Translations under genes and position numbers: made by a program | The notes under the pieces: model-generated | Told to the model about the DNA's origin: nothing | The model's database searches: none | Seen by the model: only the letters and a program-made list of their open reading frames with translations | Assembly (NCBI GenBank): GCA_023474975.1 | Contig: JAMCXE010000037.1 | Location: 1 to 37,582 of the forward strand | DNA: 37,582 bases | Direction: 5' to 3' | DNA from: Patescibacteria group bacterium | GTDB taxonomy: Bacteria; Patescibacteriota; Minisyncoccia; UBA6257; 02-FULL-45-10c | Part shown: one piece after another, positions 18,198-26,756 of the stretch | How positions within the stretch are numbered: position 1 is the first letter of the stretch | Layout of the letters: every line of letters begins with the position of its first letter

Positions 18198-18905
18198 ATG
18201 TTCGACGACAGATCATACAAAATATTGGAGGCCGCAATCAAAGAATTCATAAACGAAGGCGAGCCGGTCAGCTCAAAACAGATCGCCGCAAAATACGATT
18301 TCGGCGTCAAGGACGCAACTATCCGTTCCGAACTTAACGCTCTGACCGAGTCGGGCTTTTTAAGCCAACCCCACACTTCCGGCGGAAGGATCCCGACCGA
18401 TAAGGGTTATCAGTTCTTAGCAAACCGCGTAATGCAAGATATGTTCGAGTCTATGGATAGCTTTCACCGGAATTTCAATAGGATGATGGACATAATGGGA
18501 AATAAGGGGTGGTCAAATTTCGTAGACAAAGTATCGCAAGAAACGAAGCTATTGAGCGCGGGTTTCAGTAATAAAGAGCAAGAAACCTACAAAACCGGAT
18601 TGGATGAACTCTTCGAACAACTAGAAACCAACAGCCGAGAAGATTTCTGCCAGATCGCCAAAGATTTTGAAATGCTAGACGAAAAACTGGAAAAACTTCC
18701 GCAAGTGATAGAAAAGTCCGATTCCCCGCAGGTGTTCATTGGCAAGAAAAGCCCGATCACACAAAGCGAGCATTTATCTGTAATAATTGATTCGTATGAT
18801 ATAAATGGCAATAAATTCTACCTTGCGCTGATCGGACCAAAAAGAATGGATTACGCAAAAAATATCAATTATTTAAATAAAATAAAACATGGAAGAAGAA
18901 AATAA
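18198..18905 (+). CDS. hrcA: Heat-inducible transcription repressor HrcA (short form)
   Basis: GEPVSS, ATIRSEL, QPHTSGGRIPTDKGY, LIGPKRMDY; downstream of CIRCE and upstream of grpE-dnaK. Confidence 0.93.
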   Translation: MFDDRSYKILEAAIKEFINEGEPVSSKQIAAKYDFGVKDATIRSELNALTESGFLSQPHTSGGRIPTDKGYQFLANRVMQDMFESMDSFHRNFNRMMDIMGNKGWSNFVDKVSQETKLLSAGFSNKEQETYKTGLDELFEQLETNSREDFCQIAKDFEMLDEKLEKLPQVIEKSDSPQVFIGKKSPITQSEHLSVIIDSYDINGNKFYLALIGPKRMDYAKNINYLNKIKHGRRK

Positions 18906-19401
18906 AAATACAATAAATAACCAAGTGAGCGAACCTGAGCCGGAAAAAGTAAGGCTTGATCCGCTAGAAGAAAAGATCGCCAAACTTGAAAAAGAAAAAG
19001 AAGAATATCTGAACGGATGGAAAAGAGCAAAAGCAGATTACCTGAATATGCAAAAAGATGAAGCAAAGAGGATGCAGGAAATGATCAAATTCGCAAACCA
19101 GGAACTTATTAAAGAACTGCTCCCCGTCTTAGATAGCTTAGAGCTTTCTCTGATGGCAACCAAAGACCCAGAAGCAAAAAAAGGAATAGAAGTAATTTAC
19201 AGCCAACTTGAAAATATTTTAAATAAACAGGGACTGCAAAAAATGAAAGCTTTTGGAGAAAAATTTGATCCCGCACGTCACGAAGCGATGATGCAAGAAG
19301 AATCGGATAAAGAAAGCGGAACAATTCTTGAAGAAATGGTCAGCGGATGGATATTGAATGGGAAAGTTATAAGACCGGCAAAAGTAAAAATATCTAAATA
19401 A
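18889..19401 (+). CDS. grpE: Nucleotide exchange factor GrpE
   Basis: KRAKADYLN, ELLPVLDSLE, FDPARHEA, VIRPAKVKI. Confidence 0.96.
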   Translation: MEEENKNTINNQVSEPEPEKVRLDPLEEKIAKLEKEKEEYLNGWKRAKADYLNMQKDEAKRMQEMIKFANQELIKELLPVLDSLELSLMATKDPEAKKGIEVIYSQLENILNKQGLQKMKAFGEKFDPARHEAMMQEESDKESGTILEEMVSGWILNGKVIRPAKVKISK

Positions 19402-19473
19402 AAAAATAAGTCATAATAAAATAATTAATCAAACTGTAGTCTAATCAATAAAATTACAGTTTCACTACATAAT

Positions 19474-21336
19474 ATGAGTAAAATAATCGGAATAGATCTT
19501 GGAACAACTAATTCGGCCGTAGCCGTTGTCGAGGGTGGGCAGCCAAAAATATTAGAAAACGCCGAAGGAGCGCGCACTACCCCTTCCATCGTTGCTTTAA
19601 ATAAATCTAATGAAAGATTGATCGGATTATTAGCAAAGAGACAGGCCGTCACCAATCCCAAAAATACAATTTTTTCGGTCAAAAGACTGATCGGAAGAAA
19701 GTTTTCGGACACCGAAGTGCAAAACGATAAAAAATGGTTACCTTATGATATCCGCGAATCCTCAAATGGCGGCGTTGATATAAAAATGGGAGACAAGTGG
19801 TATAAACCGGAAGAGATATCTGCAATGGTTTTAGCCAAATTAAAAGCCGATGCCGAAGCGAAACTCGGAGAACCGGTCACCGAAGCCATAATCACCGTCC
19901 CCGCTTATTTCGACGATAGCCAAAGACAAGCAACAAAAAATGCGGGAGAAATAGCCGGATTAACGGTAAAGAGGATAATAAATGAGCCAACCGCTGCCGC
20001 TTTAGCCTATGGAATGAATAAAAAAACCAATGAGCAGATAGTTGTTTACGATTTCGGCGGAGGAACTTTTGATATTTCCGTTTTGGAGGTATCGAATGAT
20101 ACGGTCGAGGTCAAAGCCACAGGCGGAGACACTCATCTCGGTGGCGATGATTTCGATAAAAGAATTCAAGAATATTTAGTTTCCGAATATAAAAAACAGG
20201 AGGGTATCGATCTATCCAAAGACGCTTTGGCGTTACAAAGATTGAAAGAAGCGGCGGAAAAAGCTAAGCACGAACTCTCCACGGCCTTTGAAACAGAAAT
20301 AAATCTTCCCTATATTACATCTGATTCATCCGGTCCAAAGCACTTCTTAATGAAATTCTCACGCGCCAAGCTTGAAGAATTAGTAAGAGATCTGATCGAC
20401 AAATCCGTAGAACTTACCAAAAAAACAGTAAAAGACGCCGGCTTTAAATTGGAAGATATGGATGAGGTGGTAATGGTTGGAGGGCAGACCAGAATGCCCG
20501 CAATAGTGGAGGCTGTCAAAAAAGCTCTCGGAAAGGATCCTCATCAAGGGATCAATCCTGACGAAGTCGTAGCGGCGGGCGCGGCAGTCCAAGGAGGTAT
20601 ACTACAAGGCGATGTTAAAGACGTTTTGCTTCTTGATGTTACTCCCCTATCTCTCGGTATCGAAACAATGGGCGGGGTATTTACCAAAATAATTGAAAAG
20701 AACACTACCGTACCAACGGCAAAATCCCAAACCTTTTCTACTGCGGCCGACAGCCAGACATCTGTTGAAATCCATGTTCTTCAAGGAGAAAGAGAAATGG
20801 CGGCCAACAATAAAACTCTAGCCAAATTCATCTTAGATGGCATTCCCCCAGCTCCAAGGGGCGTACCACAGATCGAAGTTAATTTCGATATAGACGCCAA
20901 TGGTATTTTGAGCGTGTCGGCAAAAGACAAGGCCACAAATAAGAGTCAGTCGGTAAAGATAGAAGCCAGCACCAATCTCTCAAAAGAGCAGATCGAAAAA
21001 TTAAAGAACGAGGCCGCTCAATATGCGGAAGAAGACAAAAAGAAAAAAGATCTGGCCGAAGCTCACAATCATGCAGAAACTCTAATATACACGGCCGAAA
21101 AATCGGTTAAAGAAGCCGGCGAAAAAGTTAGTCAAGAAATAAAAGATAACGTAAACAAAAAGATCGAAGCATTAAAAGAGCTAAAAACAAGTCAAGATGC
21201 CGAAGTTGTTAAAAAAGCAACCGAGGAACTATCCGAAGAATTACAGAAGATCGGACAAGCCATGTACGGAAATCAAAATAATTCCGAACAGCCCAAAAAT
21301 GATAGCAACCAGACCAATGGCGATAAGCAGCAATAA
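19474..21336 (+). CDS. dnaK: Chaperone DnaK (Hsp70)
   Basis: [35 protein letters not shown]. Confidence 0.99.
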   Translation: MSKIIGIDLGTTNSAVAVVEGGQPKILENAEGARTTPSIVALNKSNERLIGLLAKRQAVTNPKNTIFSVKRLIGRKFSDTEVQNDKKWLPYDIRESSNGGVDIKMGDKWYKPEEISAMVLAKLKADAEAKLGEPVTEAIITVPAYFDDSQRQATKNAGEIAGLTVKRIINEPTAAALAYGMNKKTNEQIVVYDFGGGTFDISVLEVSNDTVEVKATGGDTHLGGDDFDKRIQEYLVSEYKKQEGIDLSKDALALQRLKEAAEKAKHELSTAFETEINLPYITSDSSGPKHFLMKFSRAKLEELVRDLIDKSVELTKKTVKDAGFKLEDMDEVVMVGGQTRMPAIVEAVKKALGKDPHQGINPDEVVAAGAAVQGGILQGDVKDVLLLDVTPLSLGIETMGGVFTKIIEKNTTVPTAKSQTFSTAADSQTSVEIHVLQGEREMAANNKTLAKFILDGIPPAPRGVPQIEVNFDIDANGILSVSAKDKATNKSQSVKIEASTNLSKEQIEKLKNEAAQYAEEDKKKKDLAEAHNHAETLIYTAEKSVKEAGEKVSQEIKDNVNKKIEALKELKTSQDAEVVKKATEELSEELQKIGQAMYGNQNNSEQPKNDSNQTNGDKQQ

Positions 21337-21349
21337 TTCAGAAAATTTA

Positions 21350-21358
21350 TGATATAAT
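21350..21358 (+). promoter_or_regulatory. Extended -10 promoter internal to the dnaK-dnaJ region
   Basis: TGATATAAT, 31 nt before ATG 21390. Confidence 0.55.
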
Positions 21359-21389
21359 TCATATAACTTAAATATCGATCGTAAATTAA

Positions 21390-22406
21390 ATGGATTCCAA
21401 TCTTTTGGCAAAAAACGACGCTGCTGAAGTTGATACTTCTATCCCGAAAATCTCTGTTTTGGTTTTTTTAGAAATAGGCTTTGCTGTAAGTTTTGGATAT
21501 TTTACGAGCAAATTTGTTAAAGCTCCCGGCGCCGGCACATTCACACTAGCCGGCGCTTCGGCGCTACTGTTCATGATCCTGTTCTTCCTAAGATCGCTTT
21601 TCGTCAAAGGAAAAAGTCTCAATCTTTTTATTATCTTGGGAGATGTAATAGCCCTGTCGTTATTTTTCATAATAAACAGCTATACATTTACAATGATAGT
21701 GGCTGCGGCCATTGCTTATCTGGCGCTTTACTCGGCCCTAAAAAAAAGCAAGAACGAACTATCGAACCAGTTAAATATCAAAACCGGAAAGATAGCGAGG
21801 ATATCAATTCCAAAAATTGCGTCAGCTTTAGCCGTCCTCATCTCCGTGGTCTATGCGCAGCCATTTTATCCTGCCAACAACATAGTTATTTCCAAAAACA
21901 TTATTAGCACAATAATCACTCCGTCTGAAACGCTATTAAAAATAGCGGATAATTATTTGCATCTCGGCTTAGGAGATTTTTCGGTCAATAAAACCCTTCC
22001 GGAAATAGCAGACCAAATGGCTTCATCGAGCATTGAACAACTTGCAGTACAAAACAACATCCCCGTCTCAGCCCTAGAATCACAAAGAAAGACGCTAACC
22101 AACTCAACTCTTCAAATGCTCGAAAAACAGTCAGAAAATATCGGAATTCAAATAAAAACCAACGAAACTGTTTTAGACGGAATATACAATTTTGTAAACA
22201 CTAAACTGCAGTCTCTGGATACAACCGTAAAATGGGTAGTGTATCTATCCTTATTCCTAGTAATATTCTTAACCATAAAAAGCTTGTTCTGGCTATTTTA
22301 TTGGCTAGCATATTTGTTCATCTTCTTATTTTATGAAATATTGATGGCGCTTGGATTTTCAAAAACAACCTATCAACAGATAAGCAAAGAAATAATTATT
22401 TTATAG
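21390..22406 (+). CDS. Hypothetical multi-pass membrane protein
   Basis: About 5 N-terminal hydrophobic helices, a soluble loop and 1-2 C-terminal helices. Confidence 0.8.
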   Translation: MDSNLLAKNDAAEVDTSIPKISVLVFLEIGFAVSFGYFTSKFVKAPGAGTFTLAGASALLFMILFFLRSLFVKGKSLNLFIILGDVIALSLFFIINSYTFTMIVAAAIAYLALYSALKKSKNELSNQLNIKTGKIARISIPKIASALAVLISVVYAQPFYPANNIVISKNIISTIITPSETLLKIADNYLHLGLGDFSVNKTLPEIADQMASSSIEQLAVQNNIPVSALESQRKTLTNSTLQMLEKQSENIGIQIKTNETVLDGIYNFVNTKLQSLDTTVKWVVYLSLFLVIFLTIKSLFWLFYWLAYLFIFLFYEILMALGFSKTTYQQISKEIIIL

Positions 22407-22430
22407 TGTGCGTGCGGCGCAACATAGAAC

Positions 22431-22537
22431 ATAATACAAATCTACGAATATATACGAATGCCGCAAATAAAGAACTAAAGATCGGTAATTCGTATCATTC
22501 GCATCCGTCTACGAATTTGTAGATCGGCATTATATAT
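22431..22537. repeat. '(T)ACGAAT/GCGAAT' repeat element, copy 1 (directly before the dnaJ ATG)
   Basis: Shares a 35-bp identical core (22490-22524 = 23510-23544) and similar ends with copy 2. Confidence 0.9.
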
Positions 22538-23479
22538 ATGAAAAAAGATTACTACCAAATACTAGGAGTTAATAAAACCGCGAACCAGGACGAAATAAAA
22601 ACAGCCTACAGAAAACTCGCCCATAAATATCATCCCGATAAACCTGGCGGCGATGAAAAAAAATTCAAAGAAATAAACGAGGCTTATCAGGTTTTGTCCA
22701 ACCCCGAAAAACGTAAACAATTCGATCAATTCGGAGACGCCTTTAATAATGCCGGAAACGGATATGCATATGGGGGAAACTATGGTGCCGGACAAAATCC
22801 GTTCGGCGGGTTCGGATTCGACTTCAGTGGATTCAATGGCGGAAATGCCCAAGAATTTGATTTCGGAGAGTTCGGAGACCTTGGAGATATCTTGGAAACT
22901 ATGTTCACCGGAAGAAGGACTAGACGACCGAGAAAAGGCGCTAGCTTAGAATTTGTCCAAGAAATATCTTTAGAAGAAGCTTTTGGGGGCACAAATAAAA
23001 AAATAAGTTACCATATTTCTTCTGGTAAAAAAGATATTGATATTAATATCGCCCCAGGGATAAATGATGGGCAAATGATAAAGATACCGGGCGCCGGAGA
23101 AGTTGGGGAAAAAGGTGCCGAATCGGGAGATCTATACGTAAGAATAAAGATCGCGCCCCACCCTGTTTTCCGCAGGATCGGCAATGATCTTTTAGTAAAA
23201 AAAGAGGTTTCTCTTATCGATATACTGCTAAATAAAAAAATAGAGATCCCTATTATTACCGGCGGAAAGATCAACATTGAAATACCGACGGGCTTTACCC
23301 TTCAAGAAAAACTAGTAATACCAAATGAAGGTATGCCCAAACAAGACGGTTCCGTAAGTTTGCTAAGAGGTGGAAGGGGCCGGGGAAATTTACTTGTAGA
23401 ATTCATCACCAAGACTCCAAAAAAATTCAGTTCAAGAGTAAAAAAAATATTAGAAGATCTAGAAAAAGAAATTACATAA
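22538..23479 (+). CDS. dnaJ: J-domain co-chaperone DnaJ lacking the zinc finger (class B)
   Basis: [12 protein letters not shown] motif, G/F-rich region, GDLYVRI; no CxxCxGxG repeats. Confidence 0.9.
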   Translation: MKKDYYQILGVNKTANQDEIKTAYRKLAHKYHPDKPGGDEKKFKEINEAYQVLSNPEKRKQFDQFGDAFNNAGNGYAYGGNYGAGQNPFGGFGFDFSGFNGGNAQEFDFGEFGDLGDILETMFTGRRTRRPRKGASLEFVQEISLEEAFGGTNKKISYHISSGKKDIDINIAPGINDGQMIKIPGAGEVGEKGAESGDLYVRIKIAPHPVFRRIGNDLLVKKEVSLIDILLNKKIEIPIITGGKINIEIPTGFTLQEKLVIPNEGMPKQDGSVSLLRGGRGRGNLLVEFITKTPKKFSSRVKKILEDLEKEIT

Positions 23480-23559
23480 TACGGATCTGCGAATCTATGC
23501 GAATGCTGCTCGTATCATTCGCATCCGTCTACGAATTTGTAGATTAGCATTATATATCT
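23476..23559. repeat. '(T)ACGAAT/GCGAAT' repeat element, copy 2 (whole dnaJ-esterase spacer)
   Basis: ATAATACGGATCTGCGAAT...TCGTATCATTCGCATCCGTCTACGAATTTGTAGATTAGCATTATATAT; its left end supplies the dnaJ TAA. Confidence 0.9.
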
Positions 23560-24174
23560 ATGAGAAAATTACATTTTTATTCAATAATCGCGATTGCCAT
23601 ATTTGCCGCGATATTGATCTGGTATCCCCGACCCAAATACGACAAGTCCAAAATCGTTGTAGCATTTGGCGACAGCATAACCAGCGGATATTGCCTAGTT
23701 CCACCCCAAAAAGATTATGTTGTATATCTTTCAGATTACACCAATATTCCAATTATTAACGCAGGAAAAAGAGGCGATAATACTGCCGATGCACTAATAA
23801 GACTTCAAAGCGACGTACTAAGCAAACAACCCAATATTGTCATAGTGTTTTTAGGAGCTAATGATTTTCTCGAGGGCTATTCAAGCGAGGTTGTAACCGA
23901 AAATTTAACGGCGATCGTAGAGGCGATACAAAAATCCGGCGCTAAAGTTATTCTGGTAGGAGGAGACTCTCAGGTCACGTCCGATTTTGAAATAGCCGAA
24001 CAAAATGTGGCAACCAAAGAAAAAGTTTTCGCTTTCATTCCAAATGTGCTCAATGGAATTCTTTTTAGAAAAGACCTCGTATGTCCCGACGGCTTACATC
24101 CCAATGAAAAAGGACATGAAATAATCGCCAAAAAAATCCTTCCGGCACTGCAAAGAGCTTTAAGCGAAAAATAA
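23560..24174 (+). CDS. SGNH/GDSL hydrolase (TesA-like arylesterase), N-terminal anchor
   Basis: AFGDSIT, NAGKRGD, LGAND and DGLHPN blocks. Confidence 0.92.
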   Translation: MRKLHFYSIIAIAIFAAILIWYPRPKYDKSKIVVAFGDSITSGYCLVPPQKDYVVYLSDYTNIPIINAGKRGDNTADALIRLQSDVLSKQPNIVIVFLGANDFLEGYSSEVVTENLTAIVEAIQKSGAKVILVGGDSQVTSDFEIAEQNVATKEKVFAFIPNVLNGILFRKDLVCPDGLHPNEKGHEIIAKKILPALQRALSEK

Positions 24175-24203
24175 AAAAACACCCGAACCGAGGTGTTTTT
24201 TTT
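24173..24203. terminator. Bidirectional terminator
   Basis: AAAAAAACACC-N8-GGTGTTTTTTT between convergent genes. Confidence 0.75.
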
Positions 24204-24219
24204 ATTTCCATTTACATTA

Positions 24220-25269
24220 TTATGGATGAAAGAAAAAAGCTACGGCTATAATCGCATAAGCCATTAAAAGCTGCACACCCTCAAGCCAGTTACTTTCGCC
24301 GTCGCTAACAACCAAATTAACTATTAATATCGAAAGCAATATAGCCGCCAGTTCAAATACATTAAATACCAAACTCATTTGGGTTTTAAAGAATAAACTT
24401 ACCAAAACCAAAAACGGGGCCACGAACATAGCGATTTGAGTGGCAGAACCGATAGAAACCTGCAGGGACAAGTCCATTCTATTTTTCATAGCCGTAATAA
24501 TTGCCGAGGTATGTTCGGCGGCATTACCTATGATCGCTATAAAAATAACACCTATGAAAAGCTCGGTCCAGCCAAAACTAGCAACGACCGGTTCGATCGA
24601 GCTGACCAATATCTCACTCATCCACGCCACCGCCAAAGTAGAAAAAAGTAAAATAAAAATACTTTTTACCCTACTCCATTTTGCTTCGTATTTTCCGACG
24701 TCTTCCGTATATAAATGCTTGTGAGTATATAAAGTAAAAAACAGACTCGCCCCATAAACAATGAGCATAAAAATAGAAACAAAAATGCTCAACTCGTCGA
24801 TTATTTTAACGCCAATGTCCGGAGCCGTTTGTAAGAATATGGCAGGAACGACCAATGCGATTACAGCTAAAAGCAAAGTCGAACTTGCCGCCAAAGATCC
24901 CGTACGATTAAATTCTTGCTTTTTGTGACGCCAACCGCCAACGAGCATAGCGGTGCCGGTGACCAACAAAAGATTCCCGATAATAGAGCCGGTAATCGAT
25001 GCCTTAACAACATCAACCAGTCCCGCCCTAATGGCAAAAATACCGATCAAAAGCTCCGTGGCATTACCGAACGTTGCATTTAAAAAACCACCCCAAGCCG
25101 GCCCAGTATAAATAGACAACTCCTCGGTCGCTTCGCCTATATATTTAGCCAACGGAACTATTGCTAAAGCCGCCAAGAAAAAAACCATTAAAGAAGATGC
25201 GTGCAAGTATCTCAAAAAAAGAGTGACGGGAATAAAGATCAGTAGCCCTAAAAATATTTTATCCACCAT
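24220..25269 (-). CDS. Ca2+/H+ exchanger (CAX/ChaA family)
   Basis: Alpha repeats LNATFGNATE and IIGNAAEH; GESNWLEG; about 11 TM helices. Confidence 0.93.
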   Translation of the reverse strand: MVDKIFLGLLIFIPVTLFLRYLHASSLMVFFLAALAIVPLAKYIGEATEELSIYTGPAWGGFLNATFGNATELLIGIFAIRAGLVDVVKASITGSIIGNLLLVTGTAMLVGGWRHKKQEFNRTGSLAASSTLLLAVIALVVPAIFLQTAPDIGVKIIDELSIFVSIFMLIVYGASLFFTLYTHKHLYTEDVGKYEAKWSRVKSIFILLFSTLAVAWMSEILVSSIEPVVASFGWTELFIGVIFIAIIGNAAEHTSAIITAMKNRMDLSLQVSIGSATQIAMFVAPFLVLVSLFFKTQMSLVFNVFELAAILLSILIVNLVVSDGESNWLEGVQLLMAYAIIAVAFFFHP

Positions 25270-25377
25270 GATAGTTGACTTAATTTATTTATATTTCTAA
25301 AAGAAGCGGGTTATATTTATAAATATTGGCCAGCCATACATAATAGTCAATAAAAAAACATTCGGCTTCTTATTATC

Positions 25378-25683
25378 GTGCCCCCGCACGGAACCCCGGC
25401 ACTACAGCTAGGCTGAGTGCGTAGCACAGTCAGACATATGGTCAACCTGCTTACGATTGTCGTCGAACAAAAAATAAAAATGGATTTAGTTCCGCGCATT
25501 GTGCCCCCACATGGAATCGGACCATGGTCAACTGCTTAAAAGGCAGCTGCTTTACCATTAAGCTATGGGGGCACAATGCGTACAACTCTTCCAATCTATT
25601 TTTATTTTTAACGAGCGAACCAACCGGTAAGCGCAGCTTACTAAAACTGCTCGCTTTAACATTAAGCTGTGCGGGCCAGACAC
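25378..25683 (-). ncRNA. Candidate structured RNA: degenerate split tRNA-like shell enclosing an intact tRNA-Lys
   Basis: The ends pair with each other, there is a long internal hairpin (25449-25632), and three colinear blocks match the inner tRNA. Confidence 0.6.
25502..25572 (-). tRNA. tRNA-Lys (anticodon TTT), CCA not encoded
   Basis: GCCCCCA-TA-GCTT AATGGTA AAGC-A-GCTGC CTTTTAA GCAGT-TGAC-CATGG TCCGATT CCATG-TGGGGGC-A; full cloverleaf with a T-loop variant. Confidence 0.9.
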
Positions 25684-25720
25684 TAACCCAAAATACCGCA
25701 CACCCACCACACAATATCTT

Positions 25721-25749
25721 ACTTTAAACGAAAAAATAAAAAAAATCAA
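25721..25749 (-). promoter_or_regulatory. Candidate promoter for the tRNA-containing RNA
   Basis: TTGATT-N17-TAAAGT; predicted start near 25714, upstream of the outer shell. Confidence 0.55.
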
Positions 25750-25802
25750 TTTTATTCCACATTTAGCCGATCACGGACAATTCCCATTATCCGATATTTA
25801 TA

Positions 25803-25811
25803 TGATATAAT
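25803..25811 (+). promoter_or_regulatory. Extended -10 promoter for the corA-cysS-dnaB-recR run
   Basis: TGATATAAT. Confidence 0.6.
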
Positions 25812-25840
25812 TACGCTATACCAATTAATATTCGATCAAA

Positions 25841-26752
25841 ATGAAGATAATAAAAAACAAGGACATCTCATGGATAGATATTTCCAAACCAACAAGAGAA
25901 GATATAGAATTCGTAGCCAAGCAACATAAGTTCCATCCGATAATTCTCGACGAACTCCTTCACACATCGACCAGATCCCGGGTAGAAGCCCATGATCAAT
26001 ATCTTTATCTCACCTATCACCTTCCGGTATATGATCCGGTAATGAAAACCTCCCGAAAGGCAGAGATAGATTTCCTGATAACAAAAAATAAAGTGATAAC
26101 AGTGCATTACGAAGAATTGGAACCGATCAATAATTTCTTAAGAAATGCAAGCAATAATCCTCATTTTAAAGAAACTTCAATGGATAATACCGGAAAGTTG
26201 GTGTATACGCTAATTGAAGAAATAATAAACTTTTCAATGAGACAGCTGCGCCATATCGAAGAAAATGTAACAGGATTAACCAAGGAGTTGTTCAGCGGTA
26301 AAGAAGATGCGATGCTTAGAAAAATATCTTATGTTAAACGCGATATTTTAGACTATACAATGATTAGCCGCCCCCAAGAAATTCTTTTAAACTCATTGGA
26401 AGTAGCCGGAAATAAGTTCTGGGGAGAGGATATGGATGCCTATCTTTCCGATCTTATCGGCGACCAGCTTAAGGTTATACAGCACCTGGAAAGCTATCAA
26501 GAAACGGTTGAATCCCTGGAAGAAACAAACTCTCAGTTATTAAACGCAAAGACAAATTCAGTCATGCAAAAATTTAACATCTTAGCCTTTTTAACAATAC
26601 CCGCCGTCATCGTAATACAGCTCTTTGCGGTAAATTCCTTCAGCGACTTATTTGGAGAAAAATCCTTAAAAGTGTTTTTACTAAGTCTTATAATAGTATT
26701 TGTCATAACCATAATTTCATTAATCATATTCAGAAAAAAAAGATGGTTGTAA
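25841..26752 (+). CDS. CorA-family divalent cation transporter
   Basis: WIDISKPT, FHPIILDEL, EIDFLI, TNSVMQKF and two C-terminal TMs ending FRKKRWL; the GMN motif appears as AVN. Confidence 0.85.
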   Translation: MKIIKNKDISWIDISKPTREDIEFVAKQHKFHPIILDELLHTSTRSRVEAHDQYLYLTYHLPVYDPVMKTSRKAEIDFLITKNKVITVHYEELEPINNFLRNASNNPHFKETSMDNTGKLVYTLIEEIINFSMRQLRHIEENVTGLTKELFSGKEDAMLRKISYVKRDILDYTMISRPQEILLNSLEVAGNKFWGEDMDAYLSDLIGDQLKVIQHLESYQETVESLEETNSQLLNAKTNSVMQKFNILAFLTIPAVIVIQLFAVNSFSDLFGEKSLKVFLLSLIIVFVITIISLIIFRKKRWL

Positions 26753-26756
26753 AAGA

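Noticed and set aside
19432..19461. Hairpin AAACTGTAGT/ATTACAGTTT before dnaK as a second CIRCE
   Set aside because: It does not match the CIRCE consensus and is a weak AT-rich stem.
22431..23559. CRISPR array interpretation of the 35-bp direct repeat
   Set aside because: Only two exact copies about 1 kb apart with a whole gene between them, and no cas genes.
25378..25453. Simple prophage/ICE att-site duplication of the tRNA 3' end
   Set aside because: Both 5' and 3' fragments flank the intact tRNA within about 110 nt, they pair with each other, and there is no integrase or cargo.
25451..25749. ORFs 25451..25714, 25524..25727 and 25558..25749
   Set aside because: They overlap the tRNA-Lys and its structured flanks and have no protein-like motifs.
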